64,000 nucleotides of DNA. It comes from Vicinamibacteria bacterium (GTDB taxonomy: Bacteria > Acidobacteriota > Vicinamibacteria > Vicinamibacterales > JAENWD01). The position numbers and the translations under genes are program-made. Under the pieces are notes generated by a model that saw nothing but the letters and a program-made list of their open reading frames with translations, searched no databases and was not told the origin of the DNA. Of the stretch, positions 41,576-51,031 are shown in pieces. The DNA lies in NCBI GenBank assembly GCA_963739995.1, contig CAVUCH010000017.1:203353-267352 (forward strand), given 5' to 3'. Numbering within the stretch: position 1 is the stretch's first letter; every line of letters starts with the position of its first letter.

Positions 41576-42721
41576 CTATCCTTCTGCGCCCGCCGGGCGG
41601 CTGCCGGCGTATGCCAACTGGAGGCGGTCGATGATGACTCGGTGCGGCGTACGCTCGCCGAGGCCGAGCCGCAGGATCTCGGACGCTTTGGTCTGGAAGG
41701 CTATGTACCCGTCGTACCGTGGGCGCACGTACGCCTGCTCCAGGGTGGCGGACGTGTTCGCATAGAAGTTCCCCCAGCGTGCGTTTACGTCGGGATCGCG
41801 CCAGGCTTGCCGGCGGCTCGGCTGCCCGTCGTGTGCCGGGATGAAGCGGACCTGCGCGTCAGCGCTCATCAGCCACCGCAGGTGATCGAGCAGGGCCGAC
41901 GAGATCTGGCAGCGTCGGGTGACGCCAATCCCCGTTCCGCCAAGCGTCGACCCGGGACGGCCCCCCTCCGCGTGCCGTGGCGCATCATGGAATGTGAGCG
42001 GGCGTTCGCCGGCGGATGCGGCGGCATAGTTCACGTACCCGTACACGAGCGGGCACACCGCGATGTGATCGCCGGTGGTCATGGCGCGCAGAAGTCCAAT
42101 CGGGTTCAGCGTCATCGCAACCTTCGGCATCCGCCCGTACAGCGTGGCCATCACATCGAGCGACGCCTCACCGATTGCCGATGACACGAGCACCGCCGGA
42201 TCGTCCCCCGCCGGAGGCGCCCCGAGAGCCGTGGCCACCGAGAAGAAGGTCAGGATCGCGTGCGGCCCCGCCGTCGACAGCGCCACCGGCGCCTTCGCTG
42301 ACATCGACACGACCTCAGACCACGTGTGTGGCACGGGAGCGTCAACCCAGGGGGCCACGGCCAGCACCTGCGCCGCGGCGTCCAGCGGCAGCGCCCAGTG
42401 CGCGCCCGCGTATCGGTAGCTCCTGAAGCACGGGCCAATGGTCTGCGCCGACCAATCGGCAATCTCCTCGGCCAGGAACAGCTCCTCCAGCGGACGCAGG
42501 CAGGCCGTCGCGACGGCCTCTCCGACGTGGGGATGATCCATCACGACCAGGTCATAGCGCGCGCAGAGATCAGCGATGCGATGCGACTCGAATCCTTCGA
42601 GCGGCTGCCTGTCCCAATCGATGGCGATAGTGTCACGCGCCGGATCGAGCCGCCGCGCGGCCGCTGCGAGCGCATGAGCACCACGCGGATGATCCCACGT
42701 CAGACCGCGGTACCGAATCAC
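41576..42721 (-). CDS. Periplasmic-binding-protein-fold (ABC solute-binding-like) protein without a signal peptide
   Basis: The GTG at 42721 overlaps the CaiB stop (GTGA). The sequence begins VIRYRGLTWDHPRG..IDWDRQPLEGFES. The fold call is pattern-based. The listed 780-aa ORF is a read-through artefact joining this gene to CaiB. Confidence 0.6.
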   Translation of the reverse strand: MIRYRGLTWDHPRGAHALAAAARRLDPARDTIAIDWDRQPLEGFESHRIADLCARYDLVVMDHPHVGEAVATACLRPLEELFLAEEIADWSAQTIGPCFRSYRYAGAHWALPLDAAAQVLAVAPWVDAPVPHTWSEVVSMSAKAPVALSTAGPHAILTFFSVATALGAPPAGDDPAVLVSSAIGEASLDVMATLYGRMPKVAMTLNPIGLLRAMTTGDHIAVCPLVYGYVNYAAASAGERPLTFHDAPRHAEGGRPGSTLGGTGIGVTRRCQISSALLDHLRWLMSADAQVRFIPAHDGQPSRRQAWRDPDVNARWGNFYANTSATLEQAYVRPRYDGYIAFQTKASEILRLGLGERTPHRVIIDRLQLAYAGSRPAGAEG

Positions 42722-43918
42722 GGCCCATCCCGGTACTCGCCGATTGCTCCAGCCGCGACGAGCGCATCTATCCGGTCCTCCGGATAGCCGGCCTCGCGCA
42801 GCACGTCGCGCGTGTGCTCGCCGGCAAGCGGCGCTCCCCGCGCCACCGTGGAAGGCGTCTTCGAGAACCTGATCGGAAACCCCGGGGTCTTGACGTGCCC
42901 CTCGGTCGGATGGTCGGTACTCGACGAAGGTACCGTTGTGCGCCACCTGCGGATCGGCGACGAGGTCGGCATAGGCGTACACCGGCCCCGCCCAGACGTC
43001 GTGTTCCCTGAAGATGTCGAGCCACTCCCGCGTGGTCTTCGCCGGCAGCCGCTCGCGCGTCTTCTGGAAGATCTCGTCGCGGCGCGTCCACGCGTCGGTC
43101 TCGTCGTCCATCTCGAGAAACGACGGCTCCCCAATCAGTGCGCCGAGCTTCTTCAATGACGGAAACGCGACGATGATGTAGCCGTCAGCCGTGCTGAAGG
43201 CGCCGTACGGGGAGCGGATGTACACGTGCGCGTGCGGCTCCGACGAGCGCACCTGCGGCTTCTGCGCAACGGTGAACACCGACAGCTCCTGCATCTGCAG
43301 CGTCGTGATCGCGTCGAGCATGTTGACCTGGACCAGCTGCCCCTCGCCGGTGCGCTCGCGGTGGAGCAGCGCCGCAAGGGCACCCTCGAAGGCGGTATAG
43401 GCGGCAACGGCATCGACGAGGTACTGCCCGGCCGGCGTGGGCGGCTCTCCGGCGCGCCCCGCCGAGAGCATCGCGCCAGACATGCCTTGCAGGATCAGGT
43501 CCTGACCGGGCCAATCCAGATACGGGCCGGACTCACCGTACCCCGACATCGACACGTAGACGAGCCGCGAGTTGACAGCTGACAGTGCTTCGTAGTGGAT
43601 GCCCAGCCGTGCAGCGACGCCGGGCCGGTAGTTCTGCAGGAAGACGTCCGCCGTCTTTACCAGCTCCAGAAGCACTGCCTTGCCGTCCGGAGACTTGAGG
43701 TTCACCGCCAGCGAGCGCTTGTTGCGGTTGAGTGACAGGAACGAGACATTGATCTTGTTGCCGCGCGCACCACCGGCCGCCACGTGGCGCTGCCACTCGC
43801 CAGTGACAGGCTCGATCTTGACCACGTCGGCGCCGAGATCGCCGAGCCGCTGCGCCGCAAACGGTCCGGCCATCGCGATCGAGCAGTCGAGGACACGATA
43901 GCCGCTGAGGATGCCCAT
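42718..43918 (-). pseudogene. CaiB/BaiF family III CoA-transferase with a single frame break near 42916
   Basis: N-terminal part in the frame of 43918 (RVLDCSIAMAGPFAAQRLGDLGADVVKIE, SLNRNKRS). The C-terminal 65 aa are in the frame of ORF 42718..43134 (DHPTEGHVKTPGFPIRFSKTP...EYRDGP). The junction reads GAG TAC C GAC CAT, an extra C. Confidence 0.8.
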
Positions 43919-43951
43919 GGAAGGTCAGTTCTCCTGTCATGATGCTGAAGG

Positions 43952-43966
43952 CTACAGGCTACAGGC
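43952..43966 (-). promoter_or_regulatory. Tandem heptamer motif CTACAGG x2 + C, upstream of CaiB
   Basis: ctacaggctacaggc, 34-48 nt upstream of the CaiB ATG (43918). An identical 15-mer lies at 46101-46115. An inverted 12-mer gcctgtagcctg lies at 44070-44081. Confidence 0.35.
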
Positions 43967-44105
43967 CCGTCTGGCCTGGGGCTCGACCGCCGCGGGTTCG
44001 CGGGCCATTCGCAGCTGCAGCCCCCGCGCGTCTGGTCAACGGCCTCGCGCCACCGGCCCGCAGTCTGTCGCCTGTAGCCTGCGGCCTGCGCGAATGTCGA
44101 TCCGT

Positions 44106-44858
44106 CTAGTGCATCACCCAGCCGCCGTCCACGTTGAGCGCCTGGCCGGTGACGAAGCCTGCCTCGTCGGAGGCGAAGAACATCAGGGCCGTGGCGATGT
44201 CGCCCGGATGCCCCCGGCGTTTCACCGCCTGCTGATCGAGGACGAAGCGGGAATAACCTTCCGGATCCGGGTGGATTTTCTCCGCATCCGTTGGAAACGC
44301 GCCCGGCACGATCGCGTTGACCGTGATGCCGTACGGTCCGAACTCGCGGGCCCACGCACGTGTGAGTCCGATGAGCGCACCCTTCGAGGCTACGTACGGA
44401 GCCAGCAAGGGCAAGCCGCCATAGAAGGTGATGCTCGACACGTTCACGATCCGGCCCCACTGCCGCTGGCGCATGTGCGGCAGGGCCGCCTGAACGGCAA
44501 CCACCGCCGCATCGACGTTGACCCGCTGCACGGCCTGGTACTCTTCAACAGTGAACTCCTCGAACGGCTTGGATGGATAGATCGCGGCGTTGTTGATCAC
44601 CACATCGAAGCCGCCGACCTGACGCGACAGGGCCTCGAGCTCCGGCCTGAGCTGCCGCAGATCGGAGAGATCCAGCGCCGCCACCAGCAGGCGGTCCGCG
44701 TGCGCGGCCGTCGCCGCCTTCAAGGCGGCGATCTTCGCCGGATCGTTGTCAACGGCAATTACCTTCGCGCCGGCCGCCAGGAACAGCGCCGTGGTGGGCA
44801 ACCCGAGGCCGCCCGCTGCGCCCGTGTAGAGCACCGTCCGTCCCGAAAAAGCACTCAT
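44106..44858 (-). CDS. Short-chain dehydrogenase/reductase (SDR)
   Basis: TGAAGGLG (cofactor-binding motif), NNAA and the catalytic YVASKGAL (YxxxK). Start at the ATG at 44858, 4 nt after the upstream stop. Confidence 0.9.
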   Translation of the reverse strand: MSAFSGRTVLYTGAAGGLGLPTTALFLAAGAKVIAVDNDPAKIAALKAATAAHADRLLVAALDLSDLRQLRPELEALSRQVGGFDVVINNAAIYPSKPFEEFTVEEYQAVQRVNVDAAVVAVQAALPHMRQRQWGRIVNVSSITFYGGLPLLAPYVASKGALIGLTRAWAREFGPYGITVNAIVPGAFPTDAEKIHPDPEGYSRFVLDQQAVKRRGHPGDIATALMFFASDEAGFVTGQALNVDGGWVMH

Positions 44859-44862
44859 CGCG

Positions 44863-46062
44863 TCACCGGCCTCGCCCCGGTCCCGAAAGGCTCTCCCACT
44901 TCCCCGCCGGCACCGGGTACTCGTCGTCCGGCTGGACGGCAATCGCGCGGATCCGTCGTTCGCAGTCCGCAATGCTTTCAGCGCCGTCGAGAACGGCAAA
45001 CCGTGTCGTGTAGCGTTTCTCGTCGCCGTGCTCGAGCCAGATCAGCTCGCTGCGCTCTTCGGCGAACGGCTTGCCCATGACGTGATTCGTCGACGGTTCG
45101 ATTCCCACCGCGTACTGCCCTTCCTGGAGGTTCTGCCACTCGAACTGCGCGGGGAATTCGGCCTTGCCCGATTCCACCAGGAAGCCCAGCCCGTGGCCGC
45201 CGTCGAACCGCTCGTTCACGATTGCCACAGGCACGCGCCCGTTCGCATCGGCCATCATCTCGTGCTGCCAGACCTGCTCATGGAAATGCGGCCGCGGGCC
45301 CGTCAGCATGCGGTACCCGACGCCCTGATCGCGGTACTGCGCCTCATGCGACGCCCACACGGTCTGCCGGATGGGCGCCAGATACCGGCTCCCTTCGTCC
45401 ACCACCGGGTGGCCGACGTTGATGTGGTACAGGAACATGTGCGGCGTTCGATAGAATCCGTGGTTCACCACGCGATCCTTCAGCACGAACGCGTTCGACC
45501 CGACGTTCGCCTCGATGCGGCGCACCAGGTGGAGATCCTCTCCGAATACAGTCGACTGCTGCACGACGCCTTCGCAGTAGAGCGTGCACTCGTCCCCGTC
45601 CCACAGCTCGCCATAGCCGGTCAGGCGGGCAGGGATCGTGCTGATTCTGCCGTGGATCGAGCTGTCGACGCTCTTCCGGTGCAGGTAGTGATAATGCTCG
45701 GCGCTGTCCGAGTGCATGAACAGGATGTGATCGAGACCGCAGGTCACGATGAGCCCGGAGAAGGACCGGAGCCATGCCAGGCCGCCCTCGCCCTCGTACT
45801 CGTGCAGCCCGGGATGGCGAAACCCGCTTGGCGAGTGCCAGCCGATGGCCGCACCCCGGAACTCGCAGTCGGCGACATCGAGCGCGCGATCGACGAGCAC
45901 CGTGAACCGGAAGCCGGTGCCGGTCCGGAACTCGAGCATGCGGATCCCGCGCTCCACGCCGTCCTGCAGCGTCACCAGCCGCACTCCGGCAAACTGCGAC
46001 AGCATGCCTGCGTGGCGTGCCACATCGCGGCGCGACAGTGACCGGCCGTAGATATCAACCAT
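44863..46062 (-). CDS. DUF4432 / aldose-1-epimerase-like family protein
   Basis: 399 aa. GIRMLEFRTGTGFRFTVLVDRALDV, HGRIS, LYHINVGHP and GIEPSTN, typical of DUF4432 mutarotase-like proteins. Confidence 0.75.
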   Translation of the reverse strand: MVDIYGRSLSRRDVARHAGMLSQFAGVRLVTLQDGVERGIRMLEFRTGTGFRFTVLVDRALDVADCEFRGAAIGWHSPSGFRHPGLHEYEGEGGLAWLRSFSGLIVTCGLDHILFMHSDSAEHYHYLHRKSVDSSIHGRISTIPARLTGYGELWDGDECTLYCEGVVQQSTVFGEDLHLVRRIEANVGSNAFVLKDRVVNHGFYRTPHMFLYHINVGHPVVDEGSRYLAPIRQTVWASHEAQYRDQGVGYRMLTGPRPHFHEQVWQHEMMADANGRVPVAIVNERFDGGHGLGFLVESGKAEFPAQFEWQNLQEGQYAVGIEPSTNHVMGKPFAEERSELIWLEHGDEKRYTTRFAVLDGAESIADCERRIRAIAVQPDDEYPVPAGKWESLSGPGRGR

Positions 46063-46100
46063 CCAGAACTTCCTCGCACCAACCCGGCGTTGACGTTCGC

Positions 46101-46115
46101 CTACAGGCTACAGGC
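46101..46115 (-). promoter_or_regulatory. Tandem heptamer motif CTACAGG x2 + C, upstream of DUF4432
   Basis: ctacaggctacaggc, 39-53 nt upstream of the DUF4432 ATG (46062). Confidence 0.35.
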
Positions 46116-46165
46116 GGCATGGATGTGCATCAGGGCTGACCCTGTCGAGAGGTATCCCGAGCTTC

Positions 46166-47080
46166 TCACACGCCGTTCGCGCGAAGCTTCCCGTCCAGGA
46201 ACTGCTTCGCCCGCGGCACGTCCGACTCATCGAGGTGCTCGATGATGATCGGGACGTTCGGGTGCTTCTTCGCGAGCCGCCTCAGGTACAGGTCATAGTT
46301 GAGCGAGCCGAGGCCCGGCGCCGGCAGCTCGATCTCACCCACTCCGCGGAAGGTGTGCGACTCCAGGGCATCCTCGTCACCGATGTCGGCGTGCTTCTCG
46401 CGCTTGTCCTCGCCAGAGCGCTTCACGTCCTTGGCGTGCGCGATCTTGATCCTGTCGCCCAGCGTGTCGAACACCTGGTTCAACACGTGATCCATCCGAT
46501 CGATGTTGTGGGTCTCGAAGTAGTTCGTCGGGTCCATCAGCAGCCCGAGGCCGGGATGATCGACCGCGGCGAACATCCGCACCGTCTCCTCGACCGACCC
46601 GACGACGTTGTTGACATAGGTCTCGAGCAGGAACATCGCGCCGTGATCGTACGCCGTCCGGGCCAGATCGGCGACGACGGCCCGGCATTCCTCGAATCCC
46701 TCTTCTGTCTTGTTCTTCGGATCGTGCACCCAGTCGCTCTCGGAATTGTAAGTCCCGGTCTCGGAGATCACGTACGGGGAGCCCAGGTACTGCGCGTGGC
46801 GGATGATCTCCTTCAGGTATCCGACGCGCCGATCCCGCTCCGCCCGGTCGGGATGAATGATGTTCGTGTAACCCGAGATGCAGCAGATCGGCAGATCGTG
46901 ATCGCGGAACGTATCGCGGATCCGCTCGCAGTTGTCCCGCGTGAGACGGCCCGGCGACACGTCCACGTCCTTGAAGTGCATGTCGAGCTGCACCGTATTG
47001 AAGCCGAGTGCCCGGATTCTCCGCGCGGTGTCCTCGAGGCCGTAGGGAAAGTAGCCGGTGAAAATGCCCACCTGCAGCAT
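46166..47080 (-). CDS. Sugar phosphate isomerase/epimerase (xylose-isomerase-like TIM barrel)
   Basis: 304 aa. GFNTVQLDMH, LLETYVN, KIAHAKD and IIIEH, typical of the AP_endonuc_2/TIM-barrel family. Confidence 0.85.
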   Translation of the reverse strand: MLQVGIFTGYFPYGLEDTARRIRALGFNTVQLDMHFKDVDVSPGRLTRDNCERIRDTFRDHDLPICCISGYTNIIHPDRAERDRRVGYLKEIIRHAQYLGSPYVISETGTYNSESDWVHDPKNKTEEGFEECRAVVADLARTAYDHGAMFLLETYVNNVVGSVEETVRMFAAVDHPGLGLLMDPTNYFETHNIDRMDHVLNQVFDTLGDRIKIAHAKDVKRSGEDKREKHADIGDEDALESHTFRGVGEIELPAPGLGSLNYDLYLRRLAKKHPNVPIIIEHLDESDVPRAKQFLDGKLRANGV

Positions 47081-47106
47081 GGTGATCCCTCGCGAGTCCC
47101 GTCGAA

Positions 47107-48195
47107 TCAGATGGCGATTTCCGAGAGCTGGACCGCCCGTCGTTCGGCCATCGAACGGTAGCCGGCCTCGATGAGTGCCACGGTTCGGACGTTGTCGTCA
47201 ACCGAGAGCGCCGGGGGTGTCCGGGTGCTCACGGCGTACTGGAGCTGCTCCATCACACCAGCAAACGCGTGGGGGAACCACATCGTGTTCCACGTCGGCG
47301 TGACCCACTGGCCGCCCGTCGTGGACTTCGACGCGAACGTGAGGGTGGAGGTGCGCCCGGTGGGCCAGCCGATCGTGCCCTGGGCGACGCCGTCGATTCC
47401 TTCCACGCGCCACCTGATCCAGATGTCGGAGGCGAAGCCCTCCTCTCGTGGTCCGGACCAGACGTCTTCGAGCGACAGCGCCAGCACACCGGATGCGAAC
47501 TTCAGCGTTGAGACGGTGACCCCATCGGTGTGTCGGAACGTGGTGCGCGGGTCCGGACGCGCCGCGGTGTAGATTTCGGTGGGCTCCCCGAAGAGGAACC
47601 GCAACACGTCCAGATGGTGGACGCTCATGTTGGCAAGCGTCAGCCGATCGTATCCCTCGAGGAACGTCTGCCAGTGCGGAATGGCGTGCATGTCGATCTG
47701 TGCGAACACCACGCCGCCGAGATCGCCGCGCTCGAGAATCTGCTTGAGCACGCGCATGGATTGGTCGTAGCGCATGTTCTGGTTCACCGACAGCAGTTTG
47801 CCGGCGGCGTGCGACGCGTCGCGCAGCGCGATGGCGTCCGCCAGCGTGAGCGACAGCGGCTTCTGGGCCAGGATGCCCTTGATGTGCGGCTGGCTCAGCG
47901 CGTGTCGAATGAGCGCCGGCTGCTGATCCGGCGGAAACGCGATGTCGAGGATCTCGACCGCAGGATCCTCGATCAGCGCCGCCGGGCTCTCGTGCACCTG
48001 TGGTATGCCCCAGCGCTGAGCCACGGCCGCCGCGTGGTGCTTGCTGCGGGAGGCAATCGCAATCACCGGGAACCCCGCGTCTTTGTACGCGGCCAGGTGG
48101 CACTCGGCCATGATCATGCCCGCGCCGATACAGCCGATGGGCACATCGCGGCAGCGAATGGGAGCGTCTGGGACGAAGCCCATGGGGTCGGCCAT
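47107..48195 (-). CDS. Gfo/Idh/MocA-family oxidoreductase
   Basis: Rossmann N-terminus (IGCIGAGMIM) and LAQKPL (EKP-like motif). Confidence 0.85.
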   Translation of the reverse strand: MADPMGFVPDAPIRCRDVPIGCIGAGMIMAECHLAAYKDAGFPVIAIASRSKHHAAAVAQRWGIPQVHESPAALIEDPAVEILDIAFPPDQQPALIRHALSQPHIKGILAQKPLSLTLADAIALRDASHAAGKLLSVNQNMRYDQSMRVLKQILERGDLGGVVFAQIDMHAIPHWQTFLEGYDRLTLANMSVHHLDVLRFLFGEPTEIYTAARPDPRTTFRHTDGVTVSTLKFASGVLALSLEDVWSGPREEGFASDIWIRWRVEGIDGVAQGTIGWPTGRTSTLTFASKSTTGGQWVTPTWNTMWFPHAFAGVMEQLQYAVSTRTPPALSVDDNVRTVALIEAGYRSMAERRAVQLSEIAI

Positions 48196-48454
48196 GTTCT
48201 CTGTCGTTCGATGTCGGCGTCAGTCGTCAGCTCGCAGGCCCGCTGAATGACGGGCCGCAGGTTCACCGTGACTCGAATTCATACCTCATACCGGGGCTTC
48301 TTTGGACTACAAGCGGCCAGGAATCAAATCGCGTTCCCGGCGGTCGTACCGCCGGGCTGAGGTCGAGGCAAGAACGCAGGCCCGGCATGATAGCGCCCCG
48401 GCGGAAATTTCCTCCGGACCTCATTGTGGTATCGTCGCGGCCTTCTACAGCACC

Positions 48455-51031
48455 ATGGCAGACGCCGCCACACACCAGCCCCCTGGCGTTCGCCGAGTCA
48501 TTCTGCAGCCCTCGGCTCGCCCCCGTGACGCGTGGTGGGTCGAACCCGTACGCCAAGCCGCGCTCGTCGTCTTTCCCGGCTTGATGGTGTTCAGCGCCGT
48601 CGCCCCCGCACGCGCGGGACGCGTCTGGTGGACCGTAGCCATCGCCGCGCTGCCGCTCTTCTTCGTGCTCGCCGGCTACCATCGTTGGCGCCGGATCTGC
48701 CCGCTGGCGTTCGTCGCGCAGCTGCCGGCACGCTTCGGGTGGTCCGGGCAGCGCCGGGCGGGACCGTGGCTCCAGGCACACGCCTACCACCTGGCATTTG
48801 CGGTATTCGTGATCTCGCTGTGGCTGCGGCTCATCGCCACCAACGGGGACGGCCGCGCGCTCGCGCTCTTTCTGCTCGCCCTCTGCGGGTCGGCCATCGG
48901 GGTCGGCTTGCTCTTCACGGGCAAGACGTGGTGCAACTACGTATGTCCCATCTCGTTCATCGAGAAGCTCTATACCGAGCCGCGCGGGCTGCGTGACACG
49001 CCGAACTCGCAGTGCGGCACGTGCACGGCCTGCCGGCCCGCCTGCCCTGACATCAACGAGGAGAACAGCTATTGGAAGGAGATCCTGCTGCCGGCCAAAC
49101 GCGACGTGTACTTCGCGTTTCCGGGCGTCGTGCTGGCGTTCTACGCGTACTACTTTCTGCAGTCGGGGACCTGGGCGTACTGCTTCGACGGCAGCTGGAC
49201 CCGGGAGCAGGGCCTGTTCCGGACGGCGTTCGCGCCGGGCATCGACGCGCGGACCGCGGGGCTCTACTTCTGGCCAGGGGTGCCACGCGCCGTTGCCGCG
49301 GCGGTGACGTTGGCCGTCGGGGCGGGGCTCAGTTACACGGCATTTCGGACGCTCGAGCCCGCCCTCGGGCGCGCCCTCCGGCGGCGCGGCGGCCTCGACG
49401 ATGCCACCGGCGTGCGGAGCGTGGTGTTCACGCTCGCGGCGTTCGCGGCATTCGTCGCCTTCTACGCATTCGCGGGCGCACCCACTCTGCGCCTGGTGCC
49501 CGGACTGTCCCACGTCTTTCAGCTCGTTGTGATCACCACCGCCACGGTGTTCCTGCTACGCCGCCTCGGCCGGCGGCAGTCGGCGTTCGCCGAGGAAACG
49601 CTCGCCCGCAGGCTCGTGGCCAGCTGGAAATGGACCGACGTGCCGCCACCGCGCGACCTGCGGGAGGCATTTCTAATCCACACGATCCGATCGCAGTCGC
49701 AGGACGATGCGCACCGGCAGATGGTGGATCTCTACAAATCAGCCATCCGCGACAGCCTCGACAGCGGGATGATCTCCCGCCGGGAGGTGCACCGGCTCGA
49801 CGCACTGCGGCACCAGCTCCACATCTCGGATGCGGACCACGAGCTTGCGATGTCGGAGCTCGCCGACGAGGGCGGCGGCCTTGCAGCCACGCAGGCACGG
49901 ACGGCGTCCCCGGAGAAGCAGCTGCAGCTGGACACGTACGCAGAGGCGCTGTCGGTGCACCTCGCGCGCCAGCACCAGGGCCCGGCCGACGCGGACAGCG
50001 CGTTCGTGCGCGAGTTGCGGACGCGGTATGGCGTGACCGTGGACGAACACGCCGCCGTCATCGAGCGCCTCCTGGAGAGCGACGGTCTGGCGGGCCACTT
50101 GACCGCCGTGCCTGCGGCGATCGAATGGCTGGCCGCGACCGTACGGCACTTCGACACGATGGGCTCTCCGGTCCCCCGGTTCCTCGTACGCCTGCTGCGG
50201 CGCCGGTGGGCCCGCGCGGCTGACAGCCTCGTCCGGACCCTGGTGGGTGAAGTCCCGGCCGCAGACGCCCTTCGCGACGGGCTGTTGTCCGACGCGGCGG
50301 ACGATCGCGACGTAGTGCTCGGCGTAGTTGGGGCGCTCGTCTCGCCTGCAACCGCGACCTCGCTTACACACGCGCTCACACGCGCACGTCACGAGCTCGG
50401 CGACACCCCCGACCCGGCACGCCTTCTCCGCGCGCAGCTCTCCAGCCCCGAGCCATACATCCGTGCGACTGCACTCTACCTGCTGGAAGGCATGGACCGC
50501 GCGAGCGACGCCGACTTCGATCGCCTCGAAGCCGATGAGCACCCGGTGGTCCGGGAGACGGCGGCGTTCGCTCGCGGCCTCGCCGCGGGTTCGGTGCCAG
50601 GCGAAGCGGCGACACTGGAAAAGATGATCGGGCTTCGGTCCGTCGGGATCTTCGACGACCTCGAGCCCGAGGACCTGGCGCAGCTCGCGCGGGCAGGCAA
50701 GGAGACGTGGTTTACCACGGGCGAGTGCCTGTGCCGCGAAGGCGAGCTCGGAGATGAGGTGTTCGTGCTGCTCGACGGCGAGGTGACGGTGTCGCGTGGA
50801 GGTGCAACCACGACCGAAGGCCCGGGCAGCTGCGTCGGCGAGCTCGCCGTGCTCGATCCCGCGCCGCGCGAAGCCACCGTCGTCGCGTCCACGATTGCGG
50901 TCAGAACCCTCCGGCTCACCGGCGGATCGTTTCGCCAGGCGCTCGGTGCGAGCCCGGTCGTGTCAGAAGGGATCATCCGCAGCCTCGCCAGGCGGCTGCG
51001 GAGCGCCACGGTGTCACCGATGCTCTGGTGA
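48455..51031 (+). CDS. Polytopic membrane 4Fe-4S (NapH-like) domain fused to a helical/HEAT-like region and a C-terminal cyclic-nucleotide-binding domain
   Basis: ATG at 48455. Several TM helices. GKTWCNYVCP and CGTCTACRPACPD (CxxCxxCxxxCP). HEAT-like segments (PEPYIRATALYLLEGMD, DEHPVVRETAAFA). cNMP domain (VFVLLDGEVTV..GELAVLD..REATVVA). Confidence 0.8.
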   Translation: MADAATHQPPGVRRVILQPSARPRDAWWVEPVRQAALVVFPGLMVFSAVAPARAGRVWWTVAIAALPLFFVLAGYHRWRRICPLAFVAQLPARFGWSGQRRAGPWLQAHAYHLAFAVFVISLWLRLIATNGDGRALALFLLALCGSAIGVGLLFTGKTWCNYVCPISFIEKLYTEPRGLRDTPNSQCGTCTACRPACPDINEENSYWKEILLPAKRDVYFAFPGVVLAFYAYYFLQSGTWAYCFDGSWTREQGLFRTAFAPGIDARTAGLYFWPGVPRAVAAAVTLAVGAGLSYTAFRTLEPALGRALRRRGGLDDATGVRSVVFTLAAFAAFVAFYAFAGAPTLRLVPGLSHVFQLVVITTATVFLLRRLGRRQSAFAEETLARRLVASWKWTDVPPPRDLREAFLIHTIRSQSQDDAHRQMVDLYKSAIRDSLDSGMISRREVHRLDALRHQLHISDADHELAMSELADEGGGLAATQARTASPEKQLQLDTYAEALSVHLARQHQGPADADSAFVRELRTRYGVTVDEHAAVIERLLESDGLAGHLTAVPAAIEWLAATVRHFDTMGSPVPRFLVRLLRRRWARAADSLVRTLVGEVPAADALRDGLLSDAADDRDVVLGVVGALVSPATATSLTHALTRARHELGDTPDPARLLRAQLSSPEPYIRATALYLLEGMDRASDADFDRLEADEHPVVRETAAFARGLAAGSVPGEAATLEKMIGLRSVGIFDDLEPEDLAQLARAGKETWFTTGECLCREGELGDEVFVLLDGEVTVSRGGATTTEGPGSCVGELAVLDPAPREATVVASTIAVRTLRLTGGSFRQALGASPVVSEGIIRSLARRLRSATVSPMLW

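Noticed and set aside
41576-43918. Single 780-aa CaiB-SBP fusion protein
   Set aside because: The middle ~70 aa are out-of-frame junk. The true CaiB C-terminus is in another frame and ends in a GTGA overlap with the next gene, so this is two genes.
48336-48356. GC-rich hairpin cccggcgg-tcgta-ccgccggg in a divergent promoter region
   Set aside because: It is a short 8-bp stem in GC-rich DNA, with no repeat elsewhere in the window and no adjacent U-tract. The evidence for a function is insufficient.
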